A stretch of DNA of 64,000 nt, from positions 2,865,801 through 2,929,800 of the forward strand of contig OZ316891.1 of assembly GCA_973895155.1 (NCBI GenBank), in the 5' to 3' direction. Each line of letters begins with the position of its first letter. Within the stretch, counting starts at the first letter, position 1. The position numbers and the translations under genes were made by a program. Under the pieces are notes generated by a model. That model was not told where the DNA came from. It searched no databases and saw only the letters and a program-made list of their open reading frames with translations. This document shows positions 33,543-45,387 of this stretch, in pieces. The DNA comes from Marsupella aquatica. Its lineage: Eukaryota > Plantae > Marchantiophyta.

Positions 33543-35548
33543 TGTAATGCTGTACATTAGTTAGAAATGATGGAAATTTTATAAATTTTAAACTTTTTCT
33601 AACTCAAGGTGCAATCTAGTTACCTTTTATAGCAATTTAGATCAACTGAACACTTAACCTAATGTTATGCTTCATCGGAGGCTATTGTATTGGACAAGGA
33701 TCGCGAATATAAATCCTTGCTCTTTACATGCTACCAAGAAAGAAGACTGGACATCATTGGAGAAGCAATGCAGACTAGAAGATTCAAGAACCGGCCTCCA
33801 AAACACTTTTTCAACAAGAATGAGCTCTGTATACAATTATCACAATCAGCCGATCCCTGCTATTTTAGTTAAATAGCTAAAGTGGTCAGAAAAGTCTCAT
33901 ACTTTTTCAGGAGGTAGTAGTTGCGTAGTAGAATCATCCCTGCAAGTTTCATCTCAAACCGACATGTGTTTTGAAAGTTAGAATTAATTTAGTTTTGCTG
34001 TTTTTTGCATAGCCGCGACTTCGCCGACGCTTTGTGAAGCGTCCCTTGTATTTGTGGACGCTTCAGAAAGCGTCCACCCAAAGACCACGACGCTTTCTGA
34101 AGCGTCCACCACCCAACCAGTTGTACTCCGACGCTCTGCAATCCACATGAGGAGCGACGCCCACAGAAACGTCTGCTACCCCGAAGGTGACCTCGACACT
34201 GTGACGCCCACTGAAGCGTCCCGCCTGGAGCCCAGAAGACGGACGCTGCGACCAAGCCTCAAAATTCAGCCGACGCTTTCTGAAGCGTCCATAAAAGTCC
34301 TTTGTAGTTTTGGACGCTTTATGAAGCGTCCACTATGCTCCCGACACTTAGAAACATTTTCAGTTTTCGCACTTTTATAACACCGCGCCACTTTTACCGA
34401 TTTATTTGAGGCACTTAGAAGTCTCAGAAAAGTCTGAAACTTTTCCAGCATATAGACTATATGTAGTAGAGTACCCTATAAAAGTTTCAACTCATTCCGA
34501 CTCTTAGTTTAGAAGTCAAAATTAGATTAAAATCACTGTTTATTAGTTTTACCGCAAACACCGACGCTTTGCAAAGCGTCCGCTCAAACCTCGACGCTTT
34601 CTGAAGCGTCCCCTGCATTTTTGACACTTTCAGCAGTGTCCATTCACTTTTCAAGGATGACCGTCATTAAGTTTATTCAAGACCCTTTAGATATGAAAGG
34701 GCATGTCCTTTCAGTATCTCAGTCTCCTTGGGTTCCTGCTAGCCTATATGAAGTAGAATTTGTGTCATTTTCAAGTGTGAAGAAATAAAGTAGTGCCTGT
34801 GGCATGTGCTGCAGACTGGAATCACCTTTGCTTGCAAATACAAAGGAATTCTTCTCCCTTCCTTGGTCTGAATGATTGAGAGTTTAGATCATTGAAGTAA
34901 AATTACTTGTATGAAGTTGAATCTCATAAGTATGAGGGAATAGATTCCTTAAGTGGTGACAACCCATCTTCTTGAGTTCTTGATGCATAGTTTTTGGCAT
35001 GACATTGCTTGTGCACGGATGCAAAGATTGTTACTCACCAATTACCTGTGACTTCAATTTGATCATGATGGTGTTTATTATTCGTGACTCAGAGTACCGA
35101 CTGGATATCGAAGTGATTGATTACTAGTTTCTTCTGAGTACCTTTGGAAGGAAAAGTTGAGACGTGTTGACGGCATTTTAGTAATCATCCTAGTACAGTA
35201 ATCCATTCCAAAAATGTTCTTACGGATATACCACCCAAATCATATCAAATGAAGTATTGATGAGAAGTTACCTTGGTGTTTTCCAGACTCCCTCATCATA
35301 CCTCAAGATTTCATTGTGTTTTGTTATTTGTTTCCATTTTATTAATTGCATTTACAATGTTAAGCAAACATTCAAATCTATGCCTTGCTGAGCAATCATA
35401 GTAAAAGGCTCAAACCTGTGTTTTTTGTGACCTTAGTCATTCATAAGTGTTAAACGATAGAAAATCATTCCTTTCTTGTTCTTCCATGGGATCGAATACC
35501 GAGTTTTGGACATTAAATGTTGATTTATGTCCTTAGTACAATACTACA
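33543..35548. mobile_element. Solo LTR (2006 bp, probably Gypsy) in the Copia leader
   Basis: TGTA...TACA ends with perfect 5-bp TSD AGTGA (33538-33542, 35549-35553); no coding domains. Confidence 0.88.
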
Positions 35549-37300
35549 AGTGATACTAGTTCTTCCTCAAACGGTAGTAGCTCCTCTTCAGACTCTCCGT
35601 CTGATCATTGCGATCCTGAAGCTCCACCGATGCCAATTCTTCCAGTATCCTCCGAGTCACTCATATGAAACAATCACGAAAAAATGTCTTTTTTCAAAAC
35701 TTCTCATAAAACTCAAAACTCAACACCGCCGCGTAGCCCACGAAGCTAGGAGTCCAATATTGAAAGCCGAAATCAAAATCAAATTCAACGAAAAAGTTAT
35801 TCAAATTTTGGTTGGGGTGGGTAAAACCTTGGGAAACTCCCCCGTTTTGACCACCTCAGGGAATAACCAAAATACCAAGTACAACCCATCGTCGGAATCG
35901 CGATGTCATTGGTGGGCCGCGTTGCCAACTTCAATGGCTACCACCGCGCCAAAAAGGAATAAAAAAAGTTACCGTTTGGTGGATAGAATCTTTGTCGGAC
36001 GGCCAAAAAACAGTTCTCTATTTTTTAGGAATATTCCCGCACAGTCCGACAGGTCTCACAAGGGGTTGTTCCCCCTGTCGGAGCGGTTAAAACGGAGTGT
36101 AGCAAGTCCCAACACAAGAGGAAAATCAAGGGGAAAGAAATGGCTTAAAATAGGGCCTAAAGGGGTGCCAACGCCCCTTAAGCACAAAATATGTTCAAAA
36201 ACGTGGGTGAATACGAGCGTAAACTTGGCAGTTGCGTACGCAGCCAAGAATATGCAAGAAAGGGGCAAGGGATTAGTTTGCGATCGGCAGCAGGGCCCCG
36301 TCGCAAAATATGTACAAAGGGGGGGCCGAGGGCTCGTTGCGGGGGTCCCAAGGTCAACCGCGCGCGAGCACCACGCGTCGGGTGAAGGAGGGGCAAAGGA
36401 GGGGGGGCAGCAATAGCCAGGCGGCTACTTTTGTGCCGGCCGGCGTTGCACAGGGGGTAAAAAAACAAAAATTGGGGTGCGGGAGGGGGAGGGGGGAAAA
36501 TACGATAGGGGGGGCGATTATGTGCAAGTATGAGGAAGGGGGCCGGGTATACCTTTTGTGTGTGTATAGACACAAAAGTCTCAAATGACCCCCCAAAAAC
36601 AAAAAATCAGCCCTTAAACCAAAAAAGCCAATTACTCACATAAAAAAGTTGTTGTTTGAAACGAGAAAAGTGAACGTTGCCGACGGAAAAAGTTGTCAAA
36701 TTGCACCGGCACAATCTGCAGCTCTAGCAGAGTAAAAAAAATCCGCCGTGTCGCCTTCACTCCGCGTCAAGTGCCAATCCTGGACTCCAAACAACCGCCT
36801 CGCCGCAATCAAACCATTGAGCCGTAGCACTTCGTGTTTCTTCCACCGAGTCATACGTCACGAAGAGAAACCCGGTTCAGATGTGAACAAGCTCCATAGC
36901 TTGTGAAAAAACCTGAATGCCTCCTTCACGTGTCACGACGCACTCGATAACAACTCGGCAGCAATCCAACTACCAAAACAACCAGCTCGCTTCAACCTTC
37001 AACTTGAGCTATAATGTGCGATCCCTCGAACATCATACAGCTCACACCGTTGAAAAATGCAAATTCTGGTCTCTCCCCCACAAAGCCTTGAACACGAATA
37101 AAACCTAAACAACACAAACTTCAATTCTTCCACACCACGGATACCAATCAGCGAGTTCTAACCACCGTTAGAAAGCCCTCTCACTAACCTATCCGCTCAG
37201 CCACACACATTCGAGTTTCATGCGACAAAACTCCGAGTGTGTCACCGACATTGAACGCTGAAGAACCCATCACAAAAAAACCTCGTCACCTCTGAGACAT

Positions 37301-37312
37301 GATCTGATACCA
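37301..37312 (-). promoter_or_regulatory. Copia PBS complementary to initiator tRNA-Met
   Basis: TGGTATCAGA on the minus strand, 2 nt from the LTR end. Confidence 0.9.
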
Positions 37313-37314
37313 CT

Positions 37315-37660
37315 TGTTAAGCATAGACGACATTCGCAACCTCAAGCCCATGAACCATCCAACGCACAATTTAGTCGACACAGAGAGATACGTGGTTCAC
37401 CTGCACATGAGGCTACGTCCACGGGAACACACAAGAGCTTTACTGCACTCTAGGCCGACCGGCCATACCAAGCATCCACAGTACAAGCTCTCCCTATCTC
37501 TCAACCAGCTCCGTAACAATGAGCCTAAGTTCCATTAGGGTCTGGCATCAGCCCTGGCTATATGCACAATAGCACTACCGCTAACATTAGCTAAGTTCTA
37601 ACGTGAGTTAGACTAACTATGGTTAGCTCATGAGTCACAAAACTAGAGCAATATCTAACA
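37315..37660 (-). repeat. Copia 5' LTR (346 bp)
   Basis: TGTTA...TAACA ends adjacent to the PBS; partner LTR is outside the window. Confidence 0.85.
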
Positions 37661-40600
37661 TTGTACAGGAATCCAACGTGCAAGTTCTCGCTCTTGTCTT
37701 GCACCAACAAAGGGTGCAGTTTGATCTTCCATCTCTTCCATGTACTCATTTTGAAGGTCCATCATCTTGGGATTTTGAGAAGGTACACTTGACGAGTGAG
37801 ATGTCCCCAAAATCATCTTGTAACCTGTGCCATGGTTAGTCTTTGGCCAAAAATCAGTTGTCAATGGCAATTGTCTTTCCCCCTCCCCTTGAACAGTGCT
37901 TGCACAAGATTCTCCCAATATTTGACCAAAGGAAATCTCTCTTGATATGCTGTAGAGGTTTCATCCTTACAACTTTTCTTCAAGAAATCAATATAGCGAT
38001 TAAGGAATAGGATGATTTCTCTGGGCTTCTTTTGTACATCCCCAGATACAGGTTTTGCAAATGGTTGGTTTTCCGATAAAAATGAGCGCATTTGTGATGG
38101 GATCAGTTCTCCAAATGGACCTCACCATTGCTGGAAGCCAAGGTTGCTTGACGTGTGCTTTATATTGATACACTGGCACATTATCCCTCATGGAGAAAAG
38201 AAATGCCACTAGTTTTGAGTGACCTTCTATCCCTTTCACTTAGAAAGTCTTCAAATACTCCTTGTAAGATGCAACCTCTTGAATTAGTTGTGGTACAGGA
38301 TGAATGCTTTCACACTCCCAAACCTCAGCCATCAACCCCAAGAGGGTAACAACCTCTTTGTATCTGACTTGTTTGGATACTTGAGAAATAATGCATCCAC
38401 GTCTTCATGGGTGTGGCCAATGATGAGGAATGACATTTGCACAGTTTCAAACACCCCCTGCTAACAAGCTCAGTGCAAAATGCCATTACATACTGATTTT
38501 TGTTATCTTTCCCTGCATTCTCCATCTCCAATGTTACGTGCCTTGGTAAGGGCTTGAAAGAGCCCTTGGTAGTCTGAGGATCATCCCTAGAACCAACATC
38601 CACTGTGCTTGATTTTTGAGTCTCCTGCCCATCTTCAATGCCTTGAAATTGAACAATTGAAACATTTTTGGGTTCAAAGTAACCGGCCAGAAATGCTTCA
38701 AAGTCAAGAAGGGACTGAAATATTGGCCTAGTTGCATTCCAATTCAATCTTTCAAGAAGATCTCCAGTTTTGTCTCTTGTGCAATCTTCCAAATCTTGGA
38801 GGCATTTGGCCAAAGATGTCACAGTAAACTGAAACGTGCATACACTCCAAGATCTCTTCCATCGGTTAACATCCCAGTAAGAGCAATAGGCAGAGGCTGC
38901 TCACTACCAAAGAGGGATTTTGGAGTGGGGACCAACCTAGAGATGCAAGTCTTGGCTTGATCCATCTTATCGTGAATAATGAAAAGATAGTTTTGAGGAT
39001 CCTTCTTTGCAAAAACCCTATGAGCATAATAAACATATCGTTCTTGACATTTGTTCACAAAAATGTTGCGCTCTCTTCTCTTCAATCTTTGCATGCTTTT
39101 TTTTTCTCTTCTCTTGCATCAATTGATCTTTGAACTCAATGCAAAATGTGCACTTGGCAAATGCACTTCCCTTGTGAAAGTCAAAGTTATCAAAAGAATT
39201 ATTCCAGATGTTGTACATAGTAACTTCAGTAACCTTAGCATAGCTGTCTAATTCCATCTTGGCAAACACCTCCAGAAAAATCTACTTCTTAGTAAAACAT
39301 GACGGAGGCCAATATTTGACAGTGTCGGTACCGTGAGACCCGCCATAGGGAAGATGTGGCATTGGTTCCCTACTTTGGATTAAAATGGACTCCAATAATG
39401 CCCGAGCGTGCAAGGTGTCTTATGCTCACCCTGATTCCATGGAAACCAACTGTGCAACCAGCTTCATATTGATTTTTGTAGTTGTAATATTTTGTTGTAC
39501 TAAACCCATCCTTACAAACCACATGACCCTTTAGAACAAAAAATCCTTTTTGCATGACTTGCTCCTCTCTACATCCAAAGAGACTGAAGGTATGACTTGT
39601 TTTGTTGTCACTTGACATTCCATGGTATTCCCTCCTTATCACCTCTAAGTCCTCCCTTGGCATGTTCAAGCAACACTTTAACTTGCAACAACCTTCTCTT
39701 TGGATGGAATTGATTGACTCTTCTGTGACCTTCATAACTGCCCTTGACTCCAAATGCCTTTTTTTCTCCTCAAGATCACCTTTGTCCTCCTAATGAAATT
39801 ATAAGGTTTTTTTAGAAGCTTACCATCACCATCCAAATCAGGGTTGCCCTTGTGTTGACCCAATTCCATCCACGTTTGTGATCCTTCTTGAAGGATATCA
39901 CCAAGAAACCTTTCAGTCGATCTTAGTAGAAGGGATTTGATTTCCCACCTCACCCAAACTAGAGTACCAGCGCGGATATTTGGAAATAATGGAGAATCAC
40001 TAATATCCACAACAGCTACACCCACATGATCTGGACTGTGACAGGGCTCCAAACCCGCTAGTAACTTAGTGATGACTTATGATTGCGTATATAAGTAGAA
40101 AGACAAGTAGGTGTCGTAAAAGTGTTGGGATTTTCAAATTTTTTAATTTTTGTTAGTTCTAATTAATGGATGCAACAACCGGAGGCTAGAGTTGAGAGGG
40201 GTGTCGGGCGGTCATGGATGACAATGGAGCCATTAAAGGGGTACAAGGAGGCCAAAAGGCAGCCCAATGACTTGGAGGCCAAGGTGTGGGCATCTTAGAG
40301 GGGTGGGGGCTGGCCGAAGGCTCCACATAAGGTGCAAAACAAGAATAACGACCAAAATATAGAAAACATTGAAACAGACCATTGAAACTTGAAACAATCA
40401 CATGGGGCTGAAAGGTTTCAGAAACTCATGCAAAACTGGGGTTCCCTAGTTGATTTTAGGTCTGTATCAAACAATGACATCTTGAGAAACCTCAATGCCC
40501 GTAAAACGGTAAAACTAGACAATCTTGGAGTAGTGACGGTGGGAGGGCCCTTAGAAGGAAGGGGTTCCACACTTGTTGAGGGGCGCTTTGTAGAGGGGCA

Positions 40601-42924
40601 CTCTGTAGAAGGGGCCCCCACACTTTCTTCCTTCTCTTTTTCTCTTTTCTCACTTGTGGGGTTCCCACCCATTCCTAAACCCTAAACCTTTTCCCTGTTG
40701 TGCTTGATTTCAATGTGTGTACGGACCCTAGTCGTACGAGCATCATATTTTTGACCATCTCAAAATCAGAGGTTTATGGGATTTTTTGAAAGATCTCGCC
40801 GAGCTAAATCCAACGATATATCATGTAGTCAAAACGGAGTCAAGATGGTAAAGATATGTTAGATTATGTTTTTGACAATAATTTCTCGACATCGAATCCA
40901 TACGGACGTCTGTACATACTGCAGCCATGGACCCCAGTTTTTTCCCAGAAGTGGAGATGGTAGTTGCAAAGCCGGGGACCCCTTTTGTGGGAGAAGCCGT
41001 GGCCCCCTGGTGTTGTATGGACAAACAGAGAGGGATGGTGTCCAATAAAAACTTAAACGATCATATCTTGGCCGTTTGACCTCCGTTTTGTGTGCCATTT
41101 ATGGATCTGTGATTAGGAAGAGGAGAGCTCCTTAGATATGTTTTCAGAAGTAAGTTCTGAGAATATTTTAGTTTTGACAATCGTAGGGGCCCTTCCCTTT
41201 ACGGCGGACCGGTGGTGGCGATCAAGAGGATTGAGGCTGGTAGGCTGGGTAGATAGATAGGATAGGAGGTGGTGGACTCAAGTGAGTCCATTTTTAGTGG
41301 AGTGGTACTGGGCACTGTTGAAGGCAGCATCGGTCTCCCTTAGGATAGGATAGGTTGGTGATACATGTGTGTGCTGCATGTTAGGTTTTGAGGTTAGCGG
41401 CGCCACCAAGGGGTAGGGGCCAGCCAGGGCAATGACCGCCACACCCTTGTAGGGCTTGTCTGCTTTGGTGTGTTTTTCCAGTATTTAGGAGGGAGCCCCA
41501 TAGTGAATCGGGGGGAACTCAGTCTAGTGTTGATGAAACGTTAGCTGGTAGCATAGGGAAGGAAGTAATCTGGTCTGGAGTAGCGAGGTGAGAAGTAGTC
41601 ATTGTCCTAGTAAGGCAGGAGTTGAGTAGACGGCAGGAGGTCGGGTTACTCATGCAATGTATTACTTGTCACCAAAAGATATGGATTCAAATTGACTCTC
41701 CAAAGTTCGTTACATGTTATGATTTTGGTGCATTCATAGTTGTGTTCTTCCCATAGCCAATTTGGTGTGTTTTCATGAGAGGACCCACCAAGTGGTTTCT
41801 TGAGAGAAGTTTACAAGGTCTGGTTGGCTTTGTGAGCCAAAGGAGTGGTGACAGCACCCCACTAGAGACCAAGAGGAAAGTGCAATCCATGGGACTTGAT
41901 CAAAAATAGTGACGGGTGAGAAAGTTGACAGACTTGATCAAAAAATGCAATTCCGGGAGCGGAAACAAATATACTCATTCCTAGAGTGATGAAGTCTAAA
42001 TAGCGTCTCTCCACATCCCCGTGATACGATTAAAACGGTATTGGCTGTGAAGAAGTGGAAATGTACGTAGTTACCGTTTGATAAATAGACGACATGGACC
42101 AAGACATTCATCATTAATTGCACCTATTTCAAAAGGAATTGTGATAACACCCATTGCCACCTTGTGACAATGAGAAGCATCGTACAAATCAACTTCCTTC
42201 GCCATCCAATTGGAGCGCATTGTAAAATCTTTTAACGTATGATCTATGAAAACATTTCTGCCAAAGGATTTGCCAAGATCTTTGCCAGGATCTTTGCCAG
42301 AGCCCATTTTTGAAACCTGTGCTGCATCCCAAATAACCCAAGTTTGAATGGCCTCATCTATTGTATTAGCTTCTGGATGTGGATAAGGCAGTGTTTGATT
42401 TCCCTCCACAATCTCCATTATTCGTATAGTGATGCGACCAGCACCAAGTATATCACTATGGCAAGTATCCATTGGATTTGTCTTGAATACAAATCCTTTT
42501 GCAACAAGCTGATCTAAAACAAACATTTCCACCTCATCTCCTTCATTGAATGTGTCTTGTTGAAAGCCAACATCAGATTTGGAACATTTATCATTATCAA
42601 TATCAACTGGAGAGGAGAAGTCATCCATGTTGGATTTATGTTGGAGAGTTGGTGACCTCAAGTATGCCAAGGCAGAATCCCAAATCACGCACGAGTCAAT
42701 TGCCTCAGCCAGAGTCATTGATTTTGGTGATGGAAATGGAAGTTCAAGCGATCCTTCAAAATATTTCTCAATCAGTACCCCAATTCGATTCCTCCCTAAA
42801 CAAATATTTTGTATAGGGTCTTTGGGGTCAACCTTTTGAACTATCCCTGTTGCAACTTCAAATCCTTCAATCGATCACCAATGAAACTTCATCCCCACAA
42901 GAAAAAATAACCATGATAGCGTAC
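37661..42924 (-). pseudogene. Sola-like (DUF7869-type) transposase with three N-terminal TnpA-C-terminal-like repeats; heavily decayed, cut by the Copia and a solo LTR
   Basis: CCKLKCC...VLKGHVVC, FAKCTFC, IIHDKMD, LEMENAGKDNKNQYV...LVSRG, GHTHEDVDALF (in a shifted frame near 38400); many frameshifts. Confidence 0.7.
40037..42094. mobile_element. Solo LTR (2058 bp) inside the Sola-like gene
   Basis: TGT...ACA ends with perfect 5-bp TSD TGGAC (40032-40036, 42095-42099); removal restores NDECLGP|DHVGVAVVD in frame. Confidence 0.88.
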
Positions 42925-44709
42925 CTGACCTTAATGAAAAAACTTTCAAAAAGGTTTGACATCATTTTGTCCCTCTTCCCAAAACTACGTCAATCATGAT
43001 CAGATAAACATCGAGAAATAGGCTATCTTCCAAATCTTCAGGTTAGCTCAAAATTATTTCGTCCCAATGACCTTGACAATCTTAGCTATGGTTGGATCTC
43101 TATAGACTGAGTGAGCAAAATGGCAATCTTGAACAATATATTTATGAGTTTTCAAAATAATTAGACCACATTCCAAGGAAATCTCATGACTATGCTTGAA
43201 TGATCTACATAGGTGTAATAGTAAAATTAAAGAAAATTTGTGGATGGGTCGACCTTTTTGCGACCCCCTGTCAAAACTATATTGGATATGCATGTTTGCA
43301 TTACAACATAACTAATCTAGAACTTCTTGCATCAAAGCCCTTGCCCAAGTTAGCTAGCATTCCCTCACCCAAATTCTATTACATGTATAGTGTATAGTTA
43401 TTATAATCCTATCTAAGGTAGCTTACCTTGACCAAAGTTAAGTATATAATTATGTTTCTAAAAAATATAGATTGGACTACAAAAGGCTTTAGTGAAGTCA
43501 ACAAGATTGAATCCAACAACCCTATTGACTGACTAGTCAAATAAAAAAGACTGACCTGCTCTCAAATGTTGGACACAAGATTAGACCTTTCAAAAGAGAC
43601 TTTAATTGTGGACCTGCTTGACAAGTTGAGTGGGTGCAAACTGACTCCCCTCACTCCAAATGAACCTAACCAAGACGGGCACAAGAGATATTGATCTCTC
43701 AAAGTCGGGATGCAAATGAAAGGAAAAGATGGATCCTAAATGACTTCTACCTCTTGACAGTTCACATTGGGAGCCTCTTATGTTGGGAGGATTTTCCGCT
43801 AGACGATAAGGTGATATTCCTTATCCATCCCAATTGTACGGATAAGGAATGGCAGGTGGGCAACAAAGGTTGGCAGGGTTGAGGGCAGGGAAGAAACGGT
43901 TGCGGTAGGCAGAAAGACAGGAGGTGGCATCGTATGGCTGTGACTTCGTACGGCCATGGCATTGTACGGTAGTCGTATGGAATAGGCAATCGCAACAAAG
44001 GCAGGTGCAGCGATTGGCAGGCAGGCACGCACACAGGCCAACAAGGCAAGCAGGGGGAGTATAGAGGAGTATAGAAGGAGTATAGGGGAGTATAGAAGGA
44101 GCTTCAGGCCTCATTTGTCTCATTTCTCCGCTTGCTCTTTGCTTTTTAATTTTTGCTCTTCTCCCTTGCTTGCTCTTGCTCCTTGCTCCTTGCTCCTTGC
44201 TCTTTTGCCTCACTCCTCAAATTTTTTTTGGCCTCGCTCTTGCATGTTTTGGGTTGCTCTTGGATGTTCCCTTCCGTTTTGCAAGGCTCAAATCAGGGTG
44301 GTCGTCTCCTGCACTGCCACATGTCACTCTTCAGCTATCTCAAACCCCCTCTATTATTTCAGAATGTTTTCTTCTAGCAGTTCAGAGATTCAAGTGGTTC
44401 TGGTGCATCTAAAGAGTCTATGAATTTTTACTACAACTTGGTGCATCAGTATGACCCCAAAGACAAGGATATCCAAAAGGTCGTACAAAAAGTTTTGACG
44501 ACCTCCAAGAGATTGCAAGCTGTCTTTCCAAGTAATGCATCCTTGAATTCATTTCAATCTAGGTCCGCCTTGCTCTAGGAGCGAGGGAAAGTCATTGGCA
44601 TTTGTTTTATGCTTGTTTGAGTGCGGTAAATTGTTTTGCCTTGCTTGTTTGAAGGGTTTGAGAAGAGTTGCCTCGCTCTTGGGGCGAGCCAACTAATGAC
44701 TCCTTGAAG

Positions 44710-45387
44710 TTCTTAGCTAATTTTCTAGGTGGATTTTGTTTCTTGTTTGAAGGGGTCAAAAACTTTGCCTCACTCTCGGGGCAAGGCAACGCATGACTCC
44801 ATGAAATTGGGGTAGCGAGGATCATCAGTTATCAGTTTTTCCGCTTAAATTTTTTGAATCTCAGCTGAGCAGCTGAGATGACGACTTTGCACTTCCACGC
44901 ATCTCAGCTAGGCAGCTGAGATTGACTTCATCTCAGCTGACCTCGCCAAGATCGGCATGTGGACAAAAAAAATAGGAATTTGTTTTTTAAATTTATATTC
45001 TTGAAAAATTCAAAACGAAAAAAAAATTGAAAAAAAAATTCTACAAAATCCCGTGTCCGTACCGTACTTGGTATCTTGGCTTGCCCCGCCGAGAAGTGGT
45101 GTCCGTACGGTACGGACACCCATAGTGAAGAAATTTTTCAAAAAAGAGTTTTTTTTCAATCATCAAATTTTTCTTTCCGCATTTTTTTTCGGCACCGCAT
45201 CTTGGCAGCCTCTTTGAGATGATGTGGCAATTGATAACAGGTCGACTGATGGAAACGACTGATAACTGATGATGTAATTTTACTCCATAAAATTCTTAGC
45301 TAATTTTCTAGTTGGATTTTGTTTCTTGTTTGAAGGGGTCAAAAAACATTGCCTCGCTCTTGGGGCGAGGCAACGCATTCATGACTC
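44710..45387 (+). repeat. ~90-bp direct repeat (44710-44800, 45293-45387), each ending in a TTGCCTCGC...GCGAGGCAA hairpin
   Basis: ttcttagctaattttctag.tggattttgtttcttgtttgaaggggtcaaaaa...ttgcctc.ctct.ggggc.aggcaacgcat twice; another hairpin copy at 44668. Confidence 0.8.
44823..45271. mobile_element. MITE-like element (~449 bp)
   Basis: Inverted ends CATCAGTTATCAGT / ACTGATAACTGATG flanked by AT on both sides; AT-rich non-coding interior with internal palindromes. Confidence 0.65.

Larger units (their letters stand above)
1..37660 (-). mobile_element. Ty1/Copia LTR retrotransposon (Tnt1-like), decayed; its 3' part lies left of the window; interrupted by two solo LTRs (one containing the CACTA and Gypsy)
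   Basis: 5' LTR 37315-37660, tRNA-iMet PBS, long leader, gag start at 33458, gag-protease continuing from 819 to 1. Removing 824-33078 plus one TSD copy restores LLSSLPPSYQGLKQVLLY in frame. Confidence 0.9.

Noticed and set aside
35517-36416. 299-aa ORF
   Set aside because: It crosses a solo-LTR boundary into the Copia leader on the antisense strand and has no domain-like content.
43900-44220. Overlapping ORFs in both directions
   Set aside because: Produced by low-complexity ttgctc and purine-rich repeats.
45121-45127. CATAGTG (reverse complement of the ProtoRAG TIR start CACTATG) as the transposon end
   Set aside because: Wrong orientation for a left end, lies inside the MITE-like element, and has no partner TIR.
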